Positions 1 to 10,743 are shown, counted from the first letter of the stretch. The stretch is DNA of 64,000 bases from Cyanophyceae cyanobacterium (GCA_050331735.1 JBHJGN010000064.1:1-64000); one strand, 5' to 3'. The notes: generated from the sequence alone by a model not told the origin. Program-made: numbers and translations.

Positions 1-1946
1 AAGCGCTCAGCCGGAATACCCACTCCTGTGTCCTTTACCTCAATTAGGGTATACGAGCCTTCCTGAGCCTCCAAATGGAGACGGGCGTAATGAGTATCAA
101 CGGTGAAAGGCTTCGCACTGAGACGGAGAATTCCCCCTTGAGGCATAGCATCCCGTGCATTAACGGCGAGGTTCATCAAAACCTGATGAAGCTGAGTGGC
201 ATCGCCCTCAACCGTTGGCAGCTCTTTCGATACGCTGGTTTGAATCTCAATGTTCTTTGGAAAGGTCTGGGTGGCAATTTTTTTAATTTCCGTTATGAGG
301 TGGCAAAGCTGCACCGCGCCGCGCCTGCCTTCCAATCCTCGCGCAAAAGTAAGAATTTGTTGAATTAAATCTTTTCCCCGCACAGCATTGGTTTCGATAA
401 TCTTAAAGATATCTTGAGCTTGGGGGTCGAGGCTCAGCTTCTTGGGCAGCAGCTGAGCAAACCCTAAGATAGGCGTAAGAATGTTGTTGAAATCGTGAGC
501 GATGCCTCCCGCGAGGGTTCCTAAACTTTCCAGGCGTTGGGTGCGCAAAAATTGTGCCTCTAGCTGTTTTTTCTCGGTAATGTCGGTATTGACAACTAAA
601 ATAGAGGGCAGTTTCCCTTCCTGGCGTACCAAAGTCCACCGACTGTTAACAATGATGGGTTGATCTGCTTTGGTCATCTGATTGAGTTCTCCCTGCCATT
701 CTCCGGTTGCCTCTAGCTCCCGCTGCATTTCGGGAAGGTTAGACAAGGGTTCAGCATATAGAAGTTCATTGGCATCTTGACCGAGGGCTTCCTCACTGCT
801 CCAGCCGTACAAACGTTCGGCTCCTCGATTCCAATACAAAATCCGATGATTAAATCCCCAAACCATAATTGCATCTGTTGCAACGTTAAGTAAGGCAGCC
901 TGTTCGCGGACTTTTTCTTCTGCCTGCTGTTTGTGACAACTAATTCGGTATGCTTCAACAATCCGGCTGCATGTGGTTAAAAAGGGCTGGAGATAATCGA
1001 TGATGGTCGTATCGTATCCTTCCTCTCGATTGGCAATCCCAACCATGCCTGTCATTTGGTTGTTGCTGTAGAAGGGAACTCCTAAAAAAGCCTTTAACGG
1101 AGGATGTCCGTCGGGCAGTCCGCCTCGTCTGGAATCAGTATTGGGACTGTTAGCAACCACAGGTTTTCCGGTCACAATTGCAGCCCCAAAGAGAGTTTCG
1201 AGGTTATGGAATTCCATGCCTTTAGGGGCATTCTCAGCGTAGAAAGCACGGGTTTCCTCATTCCAAGCAAGATTAGAAATGGCGTGGGTTTTCAGGAAAG
1301 GTCTACCGCGCATTTTCAGATAGCTTTTTTCTATGTACGGCGCTCCGTCTGCGGCAAACAGAATCTCGCCAATAAAACCGTACTCGCTGCGGGTGAGTTC
1401 TAAAAGATGGGTAAGCATGTTATTGAACACGACCTGCGGTTCTGCGTCTGTCACAAACTGAGTTTGAACGGAGTTAATTGCTTGGAGCAGTCGATGGTGT
1501 TCATGAAAGGCAACTTCTGAGTGCTTCCGCTCTGTAATATCGCTAATTGACCCAGCTATTCGGGTTGCTCGTCCCGCTTCGTTCCAAATTCCTTGTCCGC
1601 GAGCATGAACCCAGCAATAATCACCCGTTTTTTTCCGCAAGCGATATTCGATGTCAAAGGGAATCCGACTTTCTAAATGGTTGTGCAGGGCTGCCAAAAC
1701 CCGCGCGCGGTCATCTGGATGTAATTTGGCTTCCCAAGCCTTTAATTCATTGGGCATTTCTGCGGTGGCATAGCCCAGGATTTCTTTAAAGCGAGGGGCA
1801 AAATAAACCTGATGTGTGAGGATATCCCAGTCCCAAAGACCCTCACGAGACCCTTGCACGGCTAGCCAACAGCGTTCTTGGCTTTGCTTGAGAAGGATTT
1901 CTGCTCCGGGGCGATCGCTTTTTTCTTGAGCTTCTTGCGGTTTCAT
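1..1946 (-). CDS. PAS-GAF-PAS sensor histidine kinase, 3' end truncated by window edge
   Basis: Manual translation from ATG 1946 (MKPQEAQEKSDRP) stays open to base 1, so it is absent from the ORF track. Contains PAS (GLWDWDI..LHPDD..DITERK), GAF (GLPDGHPPLKAFLGVP), second PAS (YWNRGAERLYGW), H-box (LAGGIAHDFNNIL) and G1 box (VKDTGVGI). Confidence 0.93.
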   Translation of the reverse strand, partial: MKPQEAQEKSDRPGAEILLKQSQERCWLAVQGSREGLWDWDILTHQVYFAPRFKEILGYATAEMPNELKAWEAKLHPDDRARVLAALHNHLESRIPFDIEYRLRKKTGDYCWVHARGQGIWNEAGRATRIAGSISDITERKHSEVAFHEHHRLLQAINSVQTQFVTDAEPQVVFNNMLTHLLELTRSEYGFIGEILFAADGAPYIEKSYLKMRGRPFLKTHAISNLAWNEETRAFYAENAPKGMEFHNLETLFGAAIVTGKPVVANSPNTDSRRGGLPDGHPPLKAFLGVPFYSNNQMTGMVGIANREEGYDTTIIDYLQPFLTTCSRIVEAYRISCHKQQAEEKVREQAALLNVATDAIMVWGFNHRILYWNRGAERLYGWSSEEALGQDANELLYAEPLSNLPEMQRELEATGEWQGELNQMTKADQPIIVNSRWTLVRQEGKLPSILVVNTDITEKKQLEAQFLRTQRLESLGTLAGGIAHDFNNILTPILGFAQLLPKKLSLDPQAQDIFKIIETNAVRGKDLIQQILTFARGLEGRRGAVQLCHLITEIKKIATQTFPKNIEIQTSVSKELPTVEGDATQLHQVLMNLAVNARDAMPQGGILRLSAKPFTVDTHYARLHLEAQEGSYTLIEVKDTGVGIPAER

Positions 1947-2128
1947 TACTTCAGCCGCGGCTATGTTTTCTCAATTTGACTTGGCGGTCACTCATTCCGC
2001 AAAACTCGCAGGGAAAAAAGCCCTAAATTCGAGAGTCACTAGCAACTAAAGCACCGCTGTTGAATCGGTCTTTTTCTCTTTGGATTCTACAGTCAAGCCC
2101 GAGAAAAACTTGTGTAGATTGAAACTTA

Positions 2129-2277
2129 TACCATTTACCGAAAGGAGTGAGATAGTTCTCCTCACTAACAAAGAGTTGGCTCTTAAAAGGGAAAGGCTTG
2201 CTGTGTTTACCTTTCCCCCTAACCCTTTCCCCTTTTTCCCAACAGATCAAGTCTCTCATGACTTTTTCTAATTGGTA
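2129..2277. mobile_element. MITE family A, copy 1
   Basis: Imperfect TIRs TACCATTTACCGAAAG / CTTTTTCTAATTGGTA, flanked by TTA on both sides; homologous to 12928-13069 and 18430-18564. Confidence 0.8.
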
Positions 2278-2320
2278 TTAAAGCTATTTCAAGGCGGTAG
2301 AAGTTGATTGTTTGTTAATC

Positions 2321-2336
2321 TGTAACCTCCATTACA
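2321..2336. promoter_or_regulatory. Candidate NtcA box upstream of nifJ
   Basis: TGTA-ACCTCCAT-TACA matches TGTA-N8-TACA; no well-spaced -10 hexamer seen. Confidence 0.4.
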
Positions 2337-2459
2337 AAAGAGATGTAAATCAAGAAAACTATGGCGATGTTAACCTGAAATCAAGGGCAGATTTTTTGGT
2401 ATTTAAGCTCCACCATCTGCTCACTTGCAGCAGGCGATCGCCTCAGCTCAAAATTTTAG

Positions 2460-2493
2460 TCCTCACAACATCCTCATAGTTGTGCTCTATCTT
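2460..2493 (+). promoter_or_regulatory. Direct-repeat operator plus -10 (nifJ promoter)
   Basis: TCCTCACAACATCCTCATA at 2460-2478; TATCTT at 2488. Confidence 0.7.
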
Positions 2494-2548
2494 CAACGGT
2501 AAAGCGAGAGGCAAATCCGCTAAGAGTAGCGCTTCCTAGGACAAAACG

Positions 2549-5500
2549 ATGAATCAGAGTGCAACCATAGACGGGAACGAAGCCGTGGCTCGCGTGGCCA
2601 CCGCTCTTAATGAAGTAATTGCCCTATATCCGATTACCCCCTCTTCGCCGATGGGGGAGTGGGCAGATACCTGGTCCGCCAGCGGCAAGCCGAATCTGTG
2701 GGGAACCGTCCCCGCTGTAGTGGAAATGCAGAGCGAAGGGGGCGTAGCCGGAGCCGTTCACGGAGCCTTACAAACCGGATCGCTAACCACCACCTTTACT
2801 GCCTCTCAAGGGCTGTTGTTGATGCTCCCTAATATGTATAAAATTGCCGGAGAGCTAACGCCAACGGTATTCCACGTCGCTGCCCGCTCTCTGGCGGCTC
2901 AAGCCCTCTCTATTTTCGGCGACCACAGCGACGTGATGGCAACGCGGGCTACCGGGTTTGCGCTTCTGAGTGCGTCTTCAGTACAGGAAGCCCAGGATTT
3001 TGCCCTGATTGCCACCGCCGCTGCTTTAAAATCGCGGATTCCGTTTGTGCATTTCTGCGACGGCTTTCGCACCTCTCACGAAATTCAAAAAATTGAGCTG
3101 CTTACAGACGCACAGATGCGATCGCTGATTCCAGACGATCTGATTTTAGCTCACCGCGATCGCGCCCTCACCCCTGACCGCCCGTTTATTCGCGGCACTG
3201 CCCAAAATCCTGATGTTTACTTTCAGGCGAGGGAAACCGTCAATCCTTACTACCGCGCCTGTCCAGAGATTGTGCAAGGGGTGATGAATGACTTTGCCCA
3301 CGCCACCGGACGACAGTACCACCTCTATGAATATTGGGGCGACCCCCAGGCAGAGCGAGTGATTGTGTTGATGGGATCGGGCTGCGAGACGGTCCAGGAA
3401 ACTGTCGATGCTCTCAACCAGCAAGATGAAACAGTGGGCGTGGTGAAAGTACGCCTGTACCGTCCCTTTGACGTACAGCAGTTTGTGGCGGCTTTACCCA
3501 AAACGGTGACAAGTATTGCGGTGCTCGACCGCACCAAAGAACCGGGCAGCGCCGGAGAACCTCTGTACTTAGATGTTGTGGAAGCCCTGCTAGAAACGCG
3601 CTGGCTGACGGAGGCGGGACAATTACCGAACGTGGTGGGAGGACGTTACGGGCTGTCTTCTAAAGAATTTACTCCTGCCATGCTCCAGGGCATCTTTGAG
3701 AACTTAGTTTCCGCTAAACCCAAAAATCACTTTACCGTGGGCATTAACGACGACCTAACTCACACCAGCCTGAGCTATGATCGCCACTTTTCTGTTGAAC
3801 CCGATAGCGTTGTCCGAGCTATCTTCTACGGCTTGGGGTCAGACGGAACGGTGGGAGCCAACAAAAACTCGATTAAGATCATTGGCGAAGCGACTGACAA
3901 CTATGCTCAGGGGTACTTTGTCTACGACTCCAAAAAATCCGGATCTGTGACCGTTTCTCATCTACGCTTTGGTCCCCAGCCGATTCGCTCAGCCTACCTC
4001 ATCGAGCAAGCTAACTTTGTCGGCTGCCATCAGTGGCAGTTTCTCGCCCAACTCCCAATTCTGGATGCCATTAAACCGGGCGGCACTCTACTGCTCAATA
4101 GCCCCTTTGTTCCCGAAGAAACCTGGATGCGCCTACCGCGTCGGGTGCAGCAGCAAATTATTGACAAGCAGCTTCAGGTGTATGCGATTAACGCCTACAA
4201 AGTTGCCCGCGAGTCGGGAATGGGCGGACGCATCAACACGGTGATGCAGGTTTGCTTCTTTGCCCTCTCGAAAGTGCTTCCTCAAGCCGAAGCCATTGCC
4301 CAGATCAAAACCTTCATCCGCAAAACCTACGGCAAGAAAGGGGCAGAGATCGTCGAGATGAATCTGAATGCCGTCGATGCCACTCTCAAGAATCTCTACC
4401 AAGTTCCTGACCCCGACCACCTCGATGAATCATTACCACCTATAGATGCGCCCCCCTCTATTCCTGATACGGCTCCGAGCTTTGTGCGAGACGTGCTTGG
4501 CAGGATGATCGACCGTCGCGGAGACGAGATTCCGGTGAGTGCCCTGCCCTGCGATGGCACGTTTCCTAGCGGGACAGCTAAATGGGAGAAACGCAACATT
4601 GCTCAGGAAATTCCGGTATGGGCTCCGGATATCTGCGTTCAGTGCGGCAAGTGCGTAATGGTTTGTCCCCATAGCGTGATCCGCGCCAAGGTCTACGACT
4701 CTCAGCAATTAAAGACTGCGCCCGCGACCTTCAAGAGTACCGCTGCCAGAGATCGGGCTTGGCAGAACCTGCAATTTACCATTCAAGTCGCCGCCGAAGA
4801 CTGTACCGGATGCGGGATCTGCGTAGATGTGTGTCCTGCCAAAAATAAGTCCCAGCCGCGTCTGAAGGCAATTAATATGGAGCCGCAGTTCCCCCTGCGG
4901 AACCAGGAACGAGACAATTGGGACTTCTTCCTCTCTCTGCCCAATCCAGACCGCAGGCGCTTAAATCTGCACAAAATCAGTCACCAGCAGATGCAGGAAC
5001 CCCTGTTTGAGTTTTCAGGAGCCTGTGCTGGCTGCGGCGAGACTCCTTACGTGAAGCTGGTCAGTCAGCTATTTGGCGATCGCCTGTTAGTCGCCAACGC
5101 CACGGGCTGTTCCTCGATCTACGGCGGCAACTTACCCACCACGCCCTGGACGTTTAATGCCCAAGGACGCGGACCTGCCTGGTCGAATAGTTTGTTTGAA
5201 GACAACGCCGAATTTGGACTTGGTTTTCGCGTCTCCCTTGACCAGCACACTCAGATAGCCGCTCAACTGCTGCAATCTTTGGCCACCGAGGTCGGAGAAT
5301 CCTTAGCCACCGATATTTTGTCGGCTCAACAAACCGATGAAGCCGAAATCTGCGAACAGCGCGATCGCATTGCCCAACTCAAAGACCATCTGAACGCATT
5401 ACTACAGTCAGAGCAAGCTCCTACTCTAAAATCTTCAATCCAAAATCTAAAATCCTTAGCCGACTATCTAGTGAAAAAGAGCGTCTGGATGATTGGCGGC

Positions 5501-6127
5501 GATGGCTGGGCTTACGATATTGGATTCGGCGGACTCGACCACGTGCTCGCCAACGGGCGCAACGTCAATATTCTGGTCCTCGATACCGAAGTCTATTCCA
5601 ACACGGGCGGGCAGATGTCCAAAGCCACCCCTAGAGCCGCCGTCGCCAAGTTTGCCGCGAGCGGGAAAGCGGCGACTAAAAAAGATTTAGGACTGATGGC
5701 AATGACCTACGGCAACGTCTACGTCGCTAGTGTAGCGATGGGAGCTAAAGACGAACACACCCTGAGAGCTTTCTTAGAAGCAGAAGCGTATGACGGTCCC
5801 TCTTTAATTATTGCCTACTCCCACTGCATCGCTCACGGCATCAATATGTCCACCGCCATGCATCAACAGCAAGCGCTGGTAGATTCAGGACGCTGGCTGC
5901 TCTATCGTTACGATCCGAGGCGCACAGCCCAAGGCGAAAACCCTCTGATCTTAGATAGTCGCTCGCCTAAGCTGCCTGTAGACCAGTCGATGTATGCCGA
6001 GAACCGCTTCCGGATGCTGATGCGCAGCCAACCCGCAGTAGCGAAGCAGTTAGTAGAAGCAGCCCAGCAGGATGTGAATATCCGGTGGCAGCTTTATCAG
6101 GACTTGGCCAAGCGTGTTGATGGTTGA
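2549..6127 (+). CDS. nifJ: Pyruvate:ferredoxin/flavodoxin oxidoreductase
   Basis: YPITPSS, MQSEGG, two 4Fe-4S motifs (CVQCGKC, CTGCGIC), ACAGCGE, GGDGWAYDIG TPP motif; 1192 aa. Confidence 0.98.
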   Translation: MNQSATIDGNEAVARVATALNEVIALYPITPSSPMGEWADTWSASGKPNLWGTVPAVVEMQSEGGVAGAVHGALQTGSLTTTFTASQGLLLMLPNMYKIAGELTPTVFHVAARSLAAQALSIFGDHSDVMATRATGFALLSASSVQEAQDFALIATAAALKSRIPFVHFCDGFRTSHEIQKIELLTDAQMRSLIPDDLILAHRDRALTPDRPFIRGTAQNPDVYFQARETVNPYYRACPEIVQGVMNDFAHATGRQYHLYEYWGDPQAERVIVLMGSGCETVQETVDALNQQDETVGVVKVRLYRPFDVQQFVAALPKTVTSIAVLDRTKEPGSAGEPLYLDVVEALLETRWLTEAGQLPNVVGGRYGLSSKEFTPAMLQGIFENLVSAKPKNHFTVGINDDLTHTSLSYDRHFSVEPDSVVRAIFYGLGSDGTVGANKNSIKIIGEATDNYAQGYFVYDSKKSGSVTVSHLRFGPQPIRSAYLIEQANFVGCHQWQFLAQLPILDAIKPGGTLLLNSPFVPEETWMRLPRRVQQQIIDKQLQVYAINAYKVARESGMGGRINTVMQVCFFALSKVLPQAEAIAQIKTFIRKTYGKKGAEIVEMNLNAVDATLKNLYQVPDPDHLDESLPPIDAPPSIPDTAPSFVRDVLGRMIDRRGDEIPVSALPCDGTFPSGTAKWEKRNIAQEIPVWAPDICVQCGKCVMVCPHSVIRAKVYDSQQLKTAPATFKSTAARDRAWQNLQFTIQVAAEDCTGCGICVDVCPAKNKSQPRLKAINMEPQFPLRNQERDNWDFFLSLPNPDRRRLNLHKISHQQMQEPLFEFSGACAGCGETPYVKLVSQLFGDRLLVANATGCSSIYGGNLPTTPWTFNAQGRGPAWSNSLFEDNAEFGLGFRVSLDQHTQIAAQLLQSLATEVGESLATDILSAQQTDEAEICEQRDRIAQLKDHLNALLQSEQAPTLKSSIQNLKSLADYLVKKSVWMIGGDGWAYDIGFGGLDHVLANGRNVNILVLDTEVYSNTGGQMSKATPRAAVAKFAASGKAATKKDLGLMAMTYGNVYVASVAMGAKDEHTLRAFLEAEAYDGPSLIIAYSHCIAHGINMSTAMHQQQALVDSGRWLLYRYDPRRTAQGENPLILDSRSPKLPVDQSMYAENRFRMLMRSQPAVAKQLVEAAQQDVNIRWQLYQDLAKRVDG

Positions 6128-6176
6128 TGGTTAACGGCTGATTGAAATGGCTTCCATCAACCATTAACTACCAACG
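6116..6176. repeat. Inverted heptamer (STRR-like) tract at nifJ 3' end
   Basis: GTTGATG-GTTGATG-GTTAACG facing CATCAAC-CATTAAC-TACCAAC; could fold as a hairpin. Confidence 0.6.
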
Positions 6177-6204
6177 AAATACAAATCAAACAGGAGAAAA
6201 GCAA

Positions 6205-7116
6205 ATGAAGTGGAAGCAGACAAAACTGATCATTTTGGCGTTACTAGCGGCTCTCTTTATTCTGGGTTTGGAGTCGGGCATCGCTGTGGCGAGCAATGGC
6301 AAGGTGAGAGATGTGGTCAGAATTGGGTCGGATGTTGCCGTGACTGAAGAGCAAGTACTCACAGATGCGGTAGCGATTGGTGGCTCGGTGACGGTGTTAG
6401 AAGGAGGACGAGTGACAAGAGATGCTACCGCAGTCGGGGGAGATGTCATTCTCGAACCCAACGCTCAGGTTGACGGCAATGCCACTGCCATTGGAGGAGA
6501 AATTATAAAGTCAGCAGGAGCAAGCGTCAGCGGCGATGAAGTCGAAATTTGGAGCGAGGCCCGAGTTGTCATTGAGCGTCTGGGGCTGTTTGGTACTCTC
6601 TATTTAGGCAGCGTCGTCTTCAACGTGATCTCAATTTTGGTAGCGATCGCCTTTGGCGTGTTTCTGCTGCTGTTGCTCCCCGGACACCTGCGCACCATTG
6701 CCGCCACCATTAGCCAGCATCCGTTTAAGAGCGCCATGTGGGGACTCGGTGCGATTGTAGCTGTCACTTTATTCATGGCGCTAGTTGGCGGCAGTGTCCT
6801 CGGCTTTCTGCTGATTCCGGTGGTCAACCTCGCGTTTGCTGTGGCGGGATTGCTCGGCTGTGTCGCTACAGGTTTATGGGTGGGTCAGCAAACGAGGCTA
6901 GTGAGAGAAGCAACAGCCATTAAACCGTTCCTGATTGGGATGGTCATTCTAGGACTGATTAGCTTCATTCCGGTTGCCGGAGGGCTAATTGTGCTGATGG
7001 TCACTCTGTTTGGCTTTGGGGCGGTGCTGCTCTCAAGAGTAGGAACTGTACCGCCAGAAAGCATCCGTAAAAAGTTCGACCGGCTCGAAGGAACTGCTCA
7101 TTCATCAGGGGCATGA
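6205..7116 (+). CDS. Membrane protein with bactofilin-like beta-helix repeats and multi-TM C-terminus
   Basis: AGGAG RBS before ATG 6205; signal/TM segment, repeated DA-A-(I/V)GG-V units, then 5-6 hydrophobic helices. Confidence 0.75.
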   Translation: MKWKQTKLIILALLAALFILGLESGIAVASNGKVRDVVRIGSDVAVTEEQVLTDAVAIGGSVTVLEGGRVTRDATAVGGDVILEPNAQVDGNATAIGGEIIKSAGASVSGDEVEIWSEARVVIERLGLFGTLYLGSVVFNVISILVAIAFGVFLLLLLPGHLRTIAATISQHPFKSAMWGLGAIVAVTLFMALVGGSVLGFLLIPVVNLAFAVAGLLGCVATGLWVGQQTRLVREATAIKPFLIGMVILGLISFIPVAGGLIVLMVTLFGFGAVLLSRVGTVPPESIRKKFDRLEGTAHSSGA

Positions 7117-7119
7117 ACA

Positions 7120-7153
7120 TCCTCACAAGTTCTTCAAATCAATCATCTACTTT
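7120..7153 (+). promoter_or_regulatory. Direct-repeat operator plus -10
   Basis: TCCTCACAAGTTCTTCAAA at 7120-7138; TACTTT at 7148. Confidence 0.7.
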
Positions 7154-7303
7154 GAAAGTGTAGGCAATTCCTCTTGTCTCCGGTTAGTGAGTGGAATCAG
7201 TTTTTATCGGTATTGAGCAACGATCAACCGCTAACCTTCAAAAACTCGACCCTCACTCACTTGTCCACCGGAAGTTATCTCCGTATCGCTAGGGACAAAA
7301 GAC

Positions 7304-8314
7304 ATGGATCTAACGACAACTTATCTAGGGCTGAAGCTGCGATCGCCTTTAGTCGTCGGAGCCGCCGCCCCGCTCACAGAAAATCTAGACAACCTCAAGC
7401 GCCTGGAAGACGCTGGCGCAGCAGCGGTGGTGCTACATTCCCTATTTGAAGAACAGCTTCGCTGGGAGCGCACCGAACTGCACCATCAGACAACGGTTCA
7501 CAACGAAAGCTTTCCCGAAGCCCTGACCTACTTTCCCGAACCCGCTATTTTTCATGTGGGTTCAGAAGAATACCTCGACCACATTCGACGAGCAAAGGAG
7601 ATGGTCAACATTCCCATTATTGCGAGTCTAAATGGCTCTACCCTGGGCGGCTGGACGGACTACTCTCGGCAAATTGAACAGGCAGGAGCCGATGCCCTCG
7701 AACTTAATATTTATGCCGTCCCCACAGAGCTATCTATGACTGGAGCTGAAGTCGAGCAGAACTATTTAGACATCGTTCGTGCCGTGACCTCAGCGGTCGA
7801 TCTGCCCGTCGCGATTAAGCTCAGTCCGTATTTCAGCAACCTAGCCTATATGGCAAAACGTTTAGCGGACGATGGGGCCGATGCGCTTGTGCTGTTTAAC
7901 CGTTTTTATCAGCCAGATATCAATCTCGAAACCCTGGAAGTACAGCCCAATGTGCTGCTCAGTACCCCGCACGATCTGCGCCTGCCCCTACGCTGGATTG
8001 CTATTTTGTATCGCACGATTCCGGTAGATTTAGCCGCAACGAGCGGCATTCATACCGCCCAGGATGTGCTGAAGATGCTGATGGTGGGAGCAAACGCGAC
8101 TCTCTTGGTGAGCGTCCTGCTGCGCCACGGCATTGAGCACCTGCACAAAATCGAACGGGATTTGCGGCAGTGGATGAGCGAACACGAGTACGAATCTGTG
8201 ACTCAGCTTCAGGGCAGCATGAGTCAGGTTAATTGCCCTGACCCCAGTGCCTTTGAACGGGTGCAGTATATGAAGGCCATTCAAACTTACCGTCCTTTAG
8301 CCGTGAGTAAATAG
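7304..8314 (+). CDS. Dihydroorotate dehydrogenase-like FMN protein (PFOR-associated type)
   Basis: MDLTTTYLGLKLRSP N-terminus, SLFEEQ, ADALELN, KLSPYF, LFNRFYQPD, ATSGIH. Confidence 0.9.
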   Translation: MDLTTTYLGLKLRSPLVVGAAAPLTENLDNLKRLEDAGAAAVVLHSLFEEQLRWERTELHHQTTVHNESFPEALTYFPEPAIFHVGSEEYLDHIRRAKEMVNIPIIASLNGSTLGGWTDYSRQIEQAGADALELNIYAVPTELSMTGAEVEQNYLDIVRAVTSAVDLPVAIKLSPYFSNLAYMAKRLADDGADALVLFNRFYQPDINLETLEVQPNVLLSTPHDLRLPLRWIAILYRTIPVDLAATSGIHTAQDVLKMLMVGANATLLVSVLLRHGIEHLHKIERDLRQWMSEHEYESVTQLQGSMSQVNCPDPSAFERVQYMKAIQTYRPLAVSK

Positions 8315-8315
8315 A

Positions 8316-8360
8316 TGTCCCTGCGGGACGGGGAAGGGGGAAAGGGGAAGGGGGAAAGGA
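8316..8360. repeat. GTCCC-N3-GGGAC mini-palindrome plus GGGGAAA heptamer tract
   Basis: TGTCCCTGCGGGACGGGGAAGGGGGAAAGGGGAAG; same unit at 33454, 51874, 51904, 51941. Confidence 0.75.
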
Positions 8361-8476
8361 GGTTCTGCTCGGTCGTCATCGTGTTCAACAGAGCAATTAG
8401 CGATTTGTTTTGACATTTCAGAGCTAAAGAAAGGCTAAAAGCTATTTTTTACCTATTCAACATTGCTAGAAGTTCG

Positions 8477-9631
8477 ATGAAGAAGAAACGGATTGGGATT
8501 CTGACGAGTGGTGGGGATTGTCCGGGTCTAAATGCAATCATTCGGGCTGTGGTTAAATGTGCTAGCCGCCAGGGAGATGAGGTGTATGGTATTCCTTACG
8601 GGACGGATGGCTTTATCCGACTTCATCAGAAAAGTTGCCAAGCTGAGGCATTGAAGTTGAAAGAGCACGGCTACGACATTCCTGGTCTGCTGCACGGCAT
8701 TGATATTTTACAGTTTCTCAGCGGCAGTATTTTGGGAGCCTTGAGTCGAGGCAATCCAGGAGAGCCGGCGATCGCTCAGAATATTTTGCAGGGCTATCAA
8801 GATTTACAGCTAGAGGCTCTGATTGCAGCGGGCGGCGATGGCAGCTTAGATATTATCTCCGATCTGGCTCAGCAGGGGCAGTGGAACTGGATCGCTATTC
8901 CCAAAACGATCGATAATGATATTCCCTTCACAGAGCGTTCGGTGGGCTTTGATACGGCGGTGGATACCGTTACTGAGGCTCTATACGATCTGACCTTTAC
9001 TGCCGCCAGCCACGATCGCGTGATGGTCGTGCAGGTGATGGGACGAGATGCGGGTCATTTAGCGCTCCACTCGGGGATTGCTGGAGGAGCCGACGTGATT
9101 TTGATTCCTGAACTCACTTCCACCCTGACACCCGCATTGCTCGACCGGGTATGCTGGCAGCTTGCTCATCTTCGTCAGGAAGGACGTAAATTTGCCCTAA
9201 TTGTCATTGCTGAAGGAGTCAGGAATGCAGTGGGGGAGAAGGAAAAATATATTGCCGACTATTTAGCTCAGCAGATTCGAGAACACAGTCAACAGCTTTG
9301 CGCTACGGGCAAGCAGCCTTTGTGCGAGCTTCAGGACATCGAAACCCGCGCGACGATCCTCGGACACATTCAGCGCAGCGGCACTCCTTCCTCCTACGAT
9401 CGCTTGTTAGCTGCTGCTTTCGGCAAAAAAGCGGTCGATCTGGTCACTCAGGAAAAGTATCACCAACTGGTCGTTTGGCAAAACGGCGAAGTCAAGAGTC
9501 AGCCCCTAGAGCAGGTCGTTCCTCATCTAAAGCAGTGTCATCACCAAGGACGCTGCCCGAGTCCCGTTAATCCTCACGGTCTGATGGTGCAAACCGCACG
9601 ATCTTTAGGGATTTATTTAGGAGAATCATGA
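8477..9631 (+). CDS. pfkA: 6-phosphofructokinase (family A)
   Basis: [38 protein letters not shown]. Confidence 0.93.
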   Translation: MKKKRIGILTSGGDCPGLNAIIRAVVKCASRQGDEVYGIPYGTDGFIRLHQKSCQAEALKLKEHGYDIPGLLHGIDILQFLSGSILGALSRGNPGEPAIAQNILQGYQDLQLEALIAAGGDGSLDIISDLAQQGQWNWIAIPKTIDNDIPFTERSVGFDTAVDTVTEALYDLTFTAASHDRVMVVQVMGRDAGHLALHSGIAGGADVILIPELTSTLTPALLDRVCWQLAHLRQEGRKFALIVIAEGVRNAVGEKEKYIADYLAQQIREHSQQLCATGKQPLCELQDIETRATILGHIQRSGTPSSYDRLLAAAFGKKAVDLVTQEKYHQLVVWQNGEVKSQPLEQVVPHLKQCHHQGRCPSPVNPHGLMVQTARSLGIYLGES

Positions 9632-10743
9632 AGTTTATCGACGAGTACCGCGATGCTCACCTCGCGCACCAGTATGCCCAGGCGATCGCTCGCCTGACAA
9701 CGCGACCCTGGACAATGATGGAGATTTGCGGCGGTCAAACTCACTCTATTGTTAAGTATGGCGTGAACGAGCTGCTTCCTTCCCAAGTCACACTGATTCA
9801 CGGTCCCGGCTGTCCGGTGTGCGTCACGGCTCCCGAACTGATCGAGCAGGCGATCGCTCTGGCTGGGTTACCGGAGGTGATGCTGTGTTCCTTTGGCGAT
9901 ATGCTGAGGGTTCCGGCCCACCACCAAGGCAGCGCTCCTCAAAACCTCCTGGCAGCAAAAGCAGCGGGGAGTGATGTCCGCCTCGTCTATTCTCCCCTCG
10001 ATGCCCTCAAGCTGGCTCAGGAGAATCCTGACAAGCAGGTAGTTTTTTTTGCAGTCGGGTTTGAAACCACGGCTCCCACAACCGCTATGGTGGTGTATCA
10101 AGCAGCTCAACAGCAGATTGAGAACTTCTCGCTACTCGTGGCTCACGTCCGGGTTCCCCCAGCGATGCAGGCTATCCTTTCATCCTCCCAGAATCAGGTG
10201 CAGGGATTTCTAGCAGCGGGGCATGTCTGCACCGTCATGGGCTATACCGAGTACGAGGCGATCGCTAAAAACTATCGCGTTCCCATTGTTGTCACCGGTT
10301 TTGAACCCATCGATATCCTTCAGGGAATCTATCTCTGCATTGGGCAGCTAGAGTCAGGAACAGCGACGGTTGAAAACCAGTACGCTCGCTCTGTCCGTCG
10401 TCATGGCAATGAAGTCGCCCAGCAGCTTATGGGCGAAATCTTTGAAGTGGTGTCTCGTCCGTGGCGCGGAATCGGAGAAATTCCTCAGAGTGGATTGGGG
10501 CTGCGGAGTCGGTATGCTCGCTTCGATGCCCAAAAGCGCTTTCGGCTGTTTCCCTCTCTCCCCAAGGAGTCGCCAGAATGTATCAGCGGACTGATTCTCC
10601 AAGGAGTCAAAAAACCGCCCCAGTGCCCAGCCTTTGGCAAGCACTGTACTCCCGAACATCCTTTAGGGGCTCCAATGGTTTCTTCAGAAGGCGCTTGTGC
10701 TGCCTACCATCGGTATCGAACGCTTTCTTCTGAATCTGCTTAA
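9628..10743 (+). CDS. hypD: Hydrogenase maturation protein HypD
   Basis: [35 protein letters not shown] overlap with pfkA stop. Confidence 0.97.
   Translation: MKFIDEYRDAHLAHQYAQAIARLTTRPWTMMEICGGQTHSIVKYGVNELLPSQVTLIHGPGCPVCVTAPELIEQAIALAGLPEVMLCSFGDMLRVPAHHQGSAPQNLLAAKAAGSDVRLVYSPLDALKLAQENPDKQVVFFAVGFETTAPTTAMVVYQAAQQQIENFSLLVAHVRVPPAMQAILSSSQNQVQGFLAAGHVCTVMGYTEYEAIAKNYRVPIVVTGFEPIDILQGIYLCIGQLESGTATVENQYARSVRRHGNEVAQQLMGEIFEVVSRPWRGIGEIPQSGLGLRSRYARFDAQKRFRLFPSLPKESPECISGLILQGVKKPPQCPAFGKHCTPEHPLGAPMVSSEGACAAYHRYRTLSSESA

Noticed and set aside
1..1946. Pseudogene or non-coding region suggested by only short ORFs in the track
   Set aside because: One minus-strand frame is continuous; it simply has no stop inside the window.
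2549..6127. nifJ as evidence of a nitrogen-fixation cluster
   Set aside because: No other nif genes in the window; PFOR is common in non-diazotrophs.
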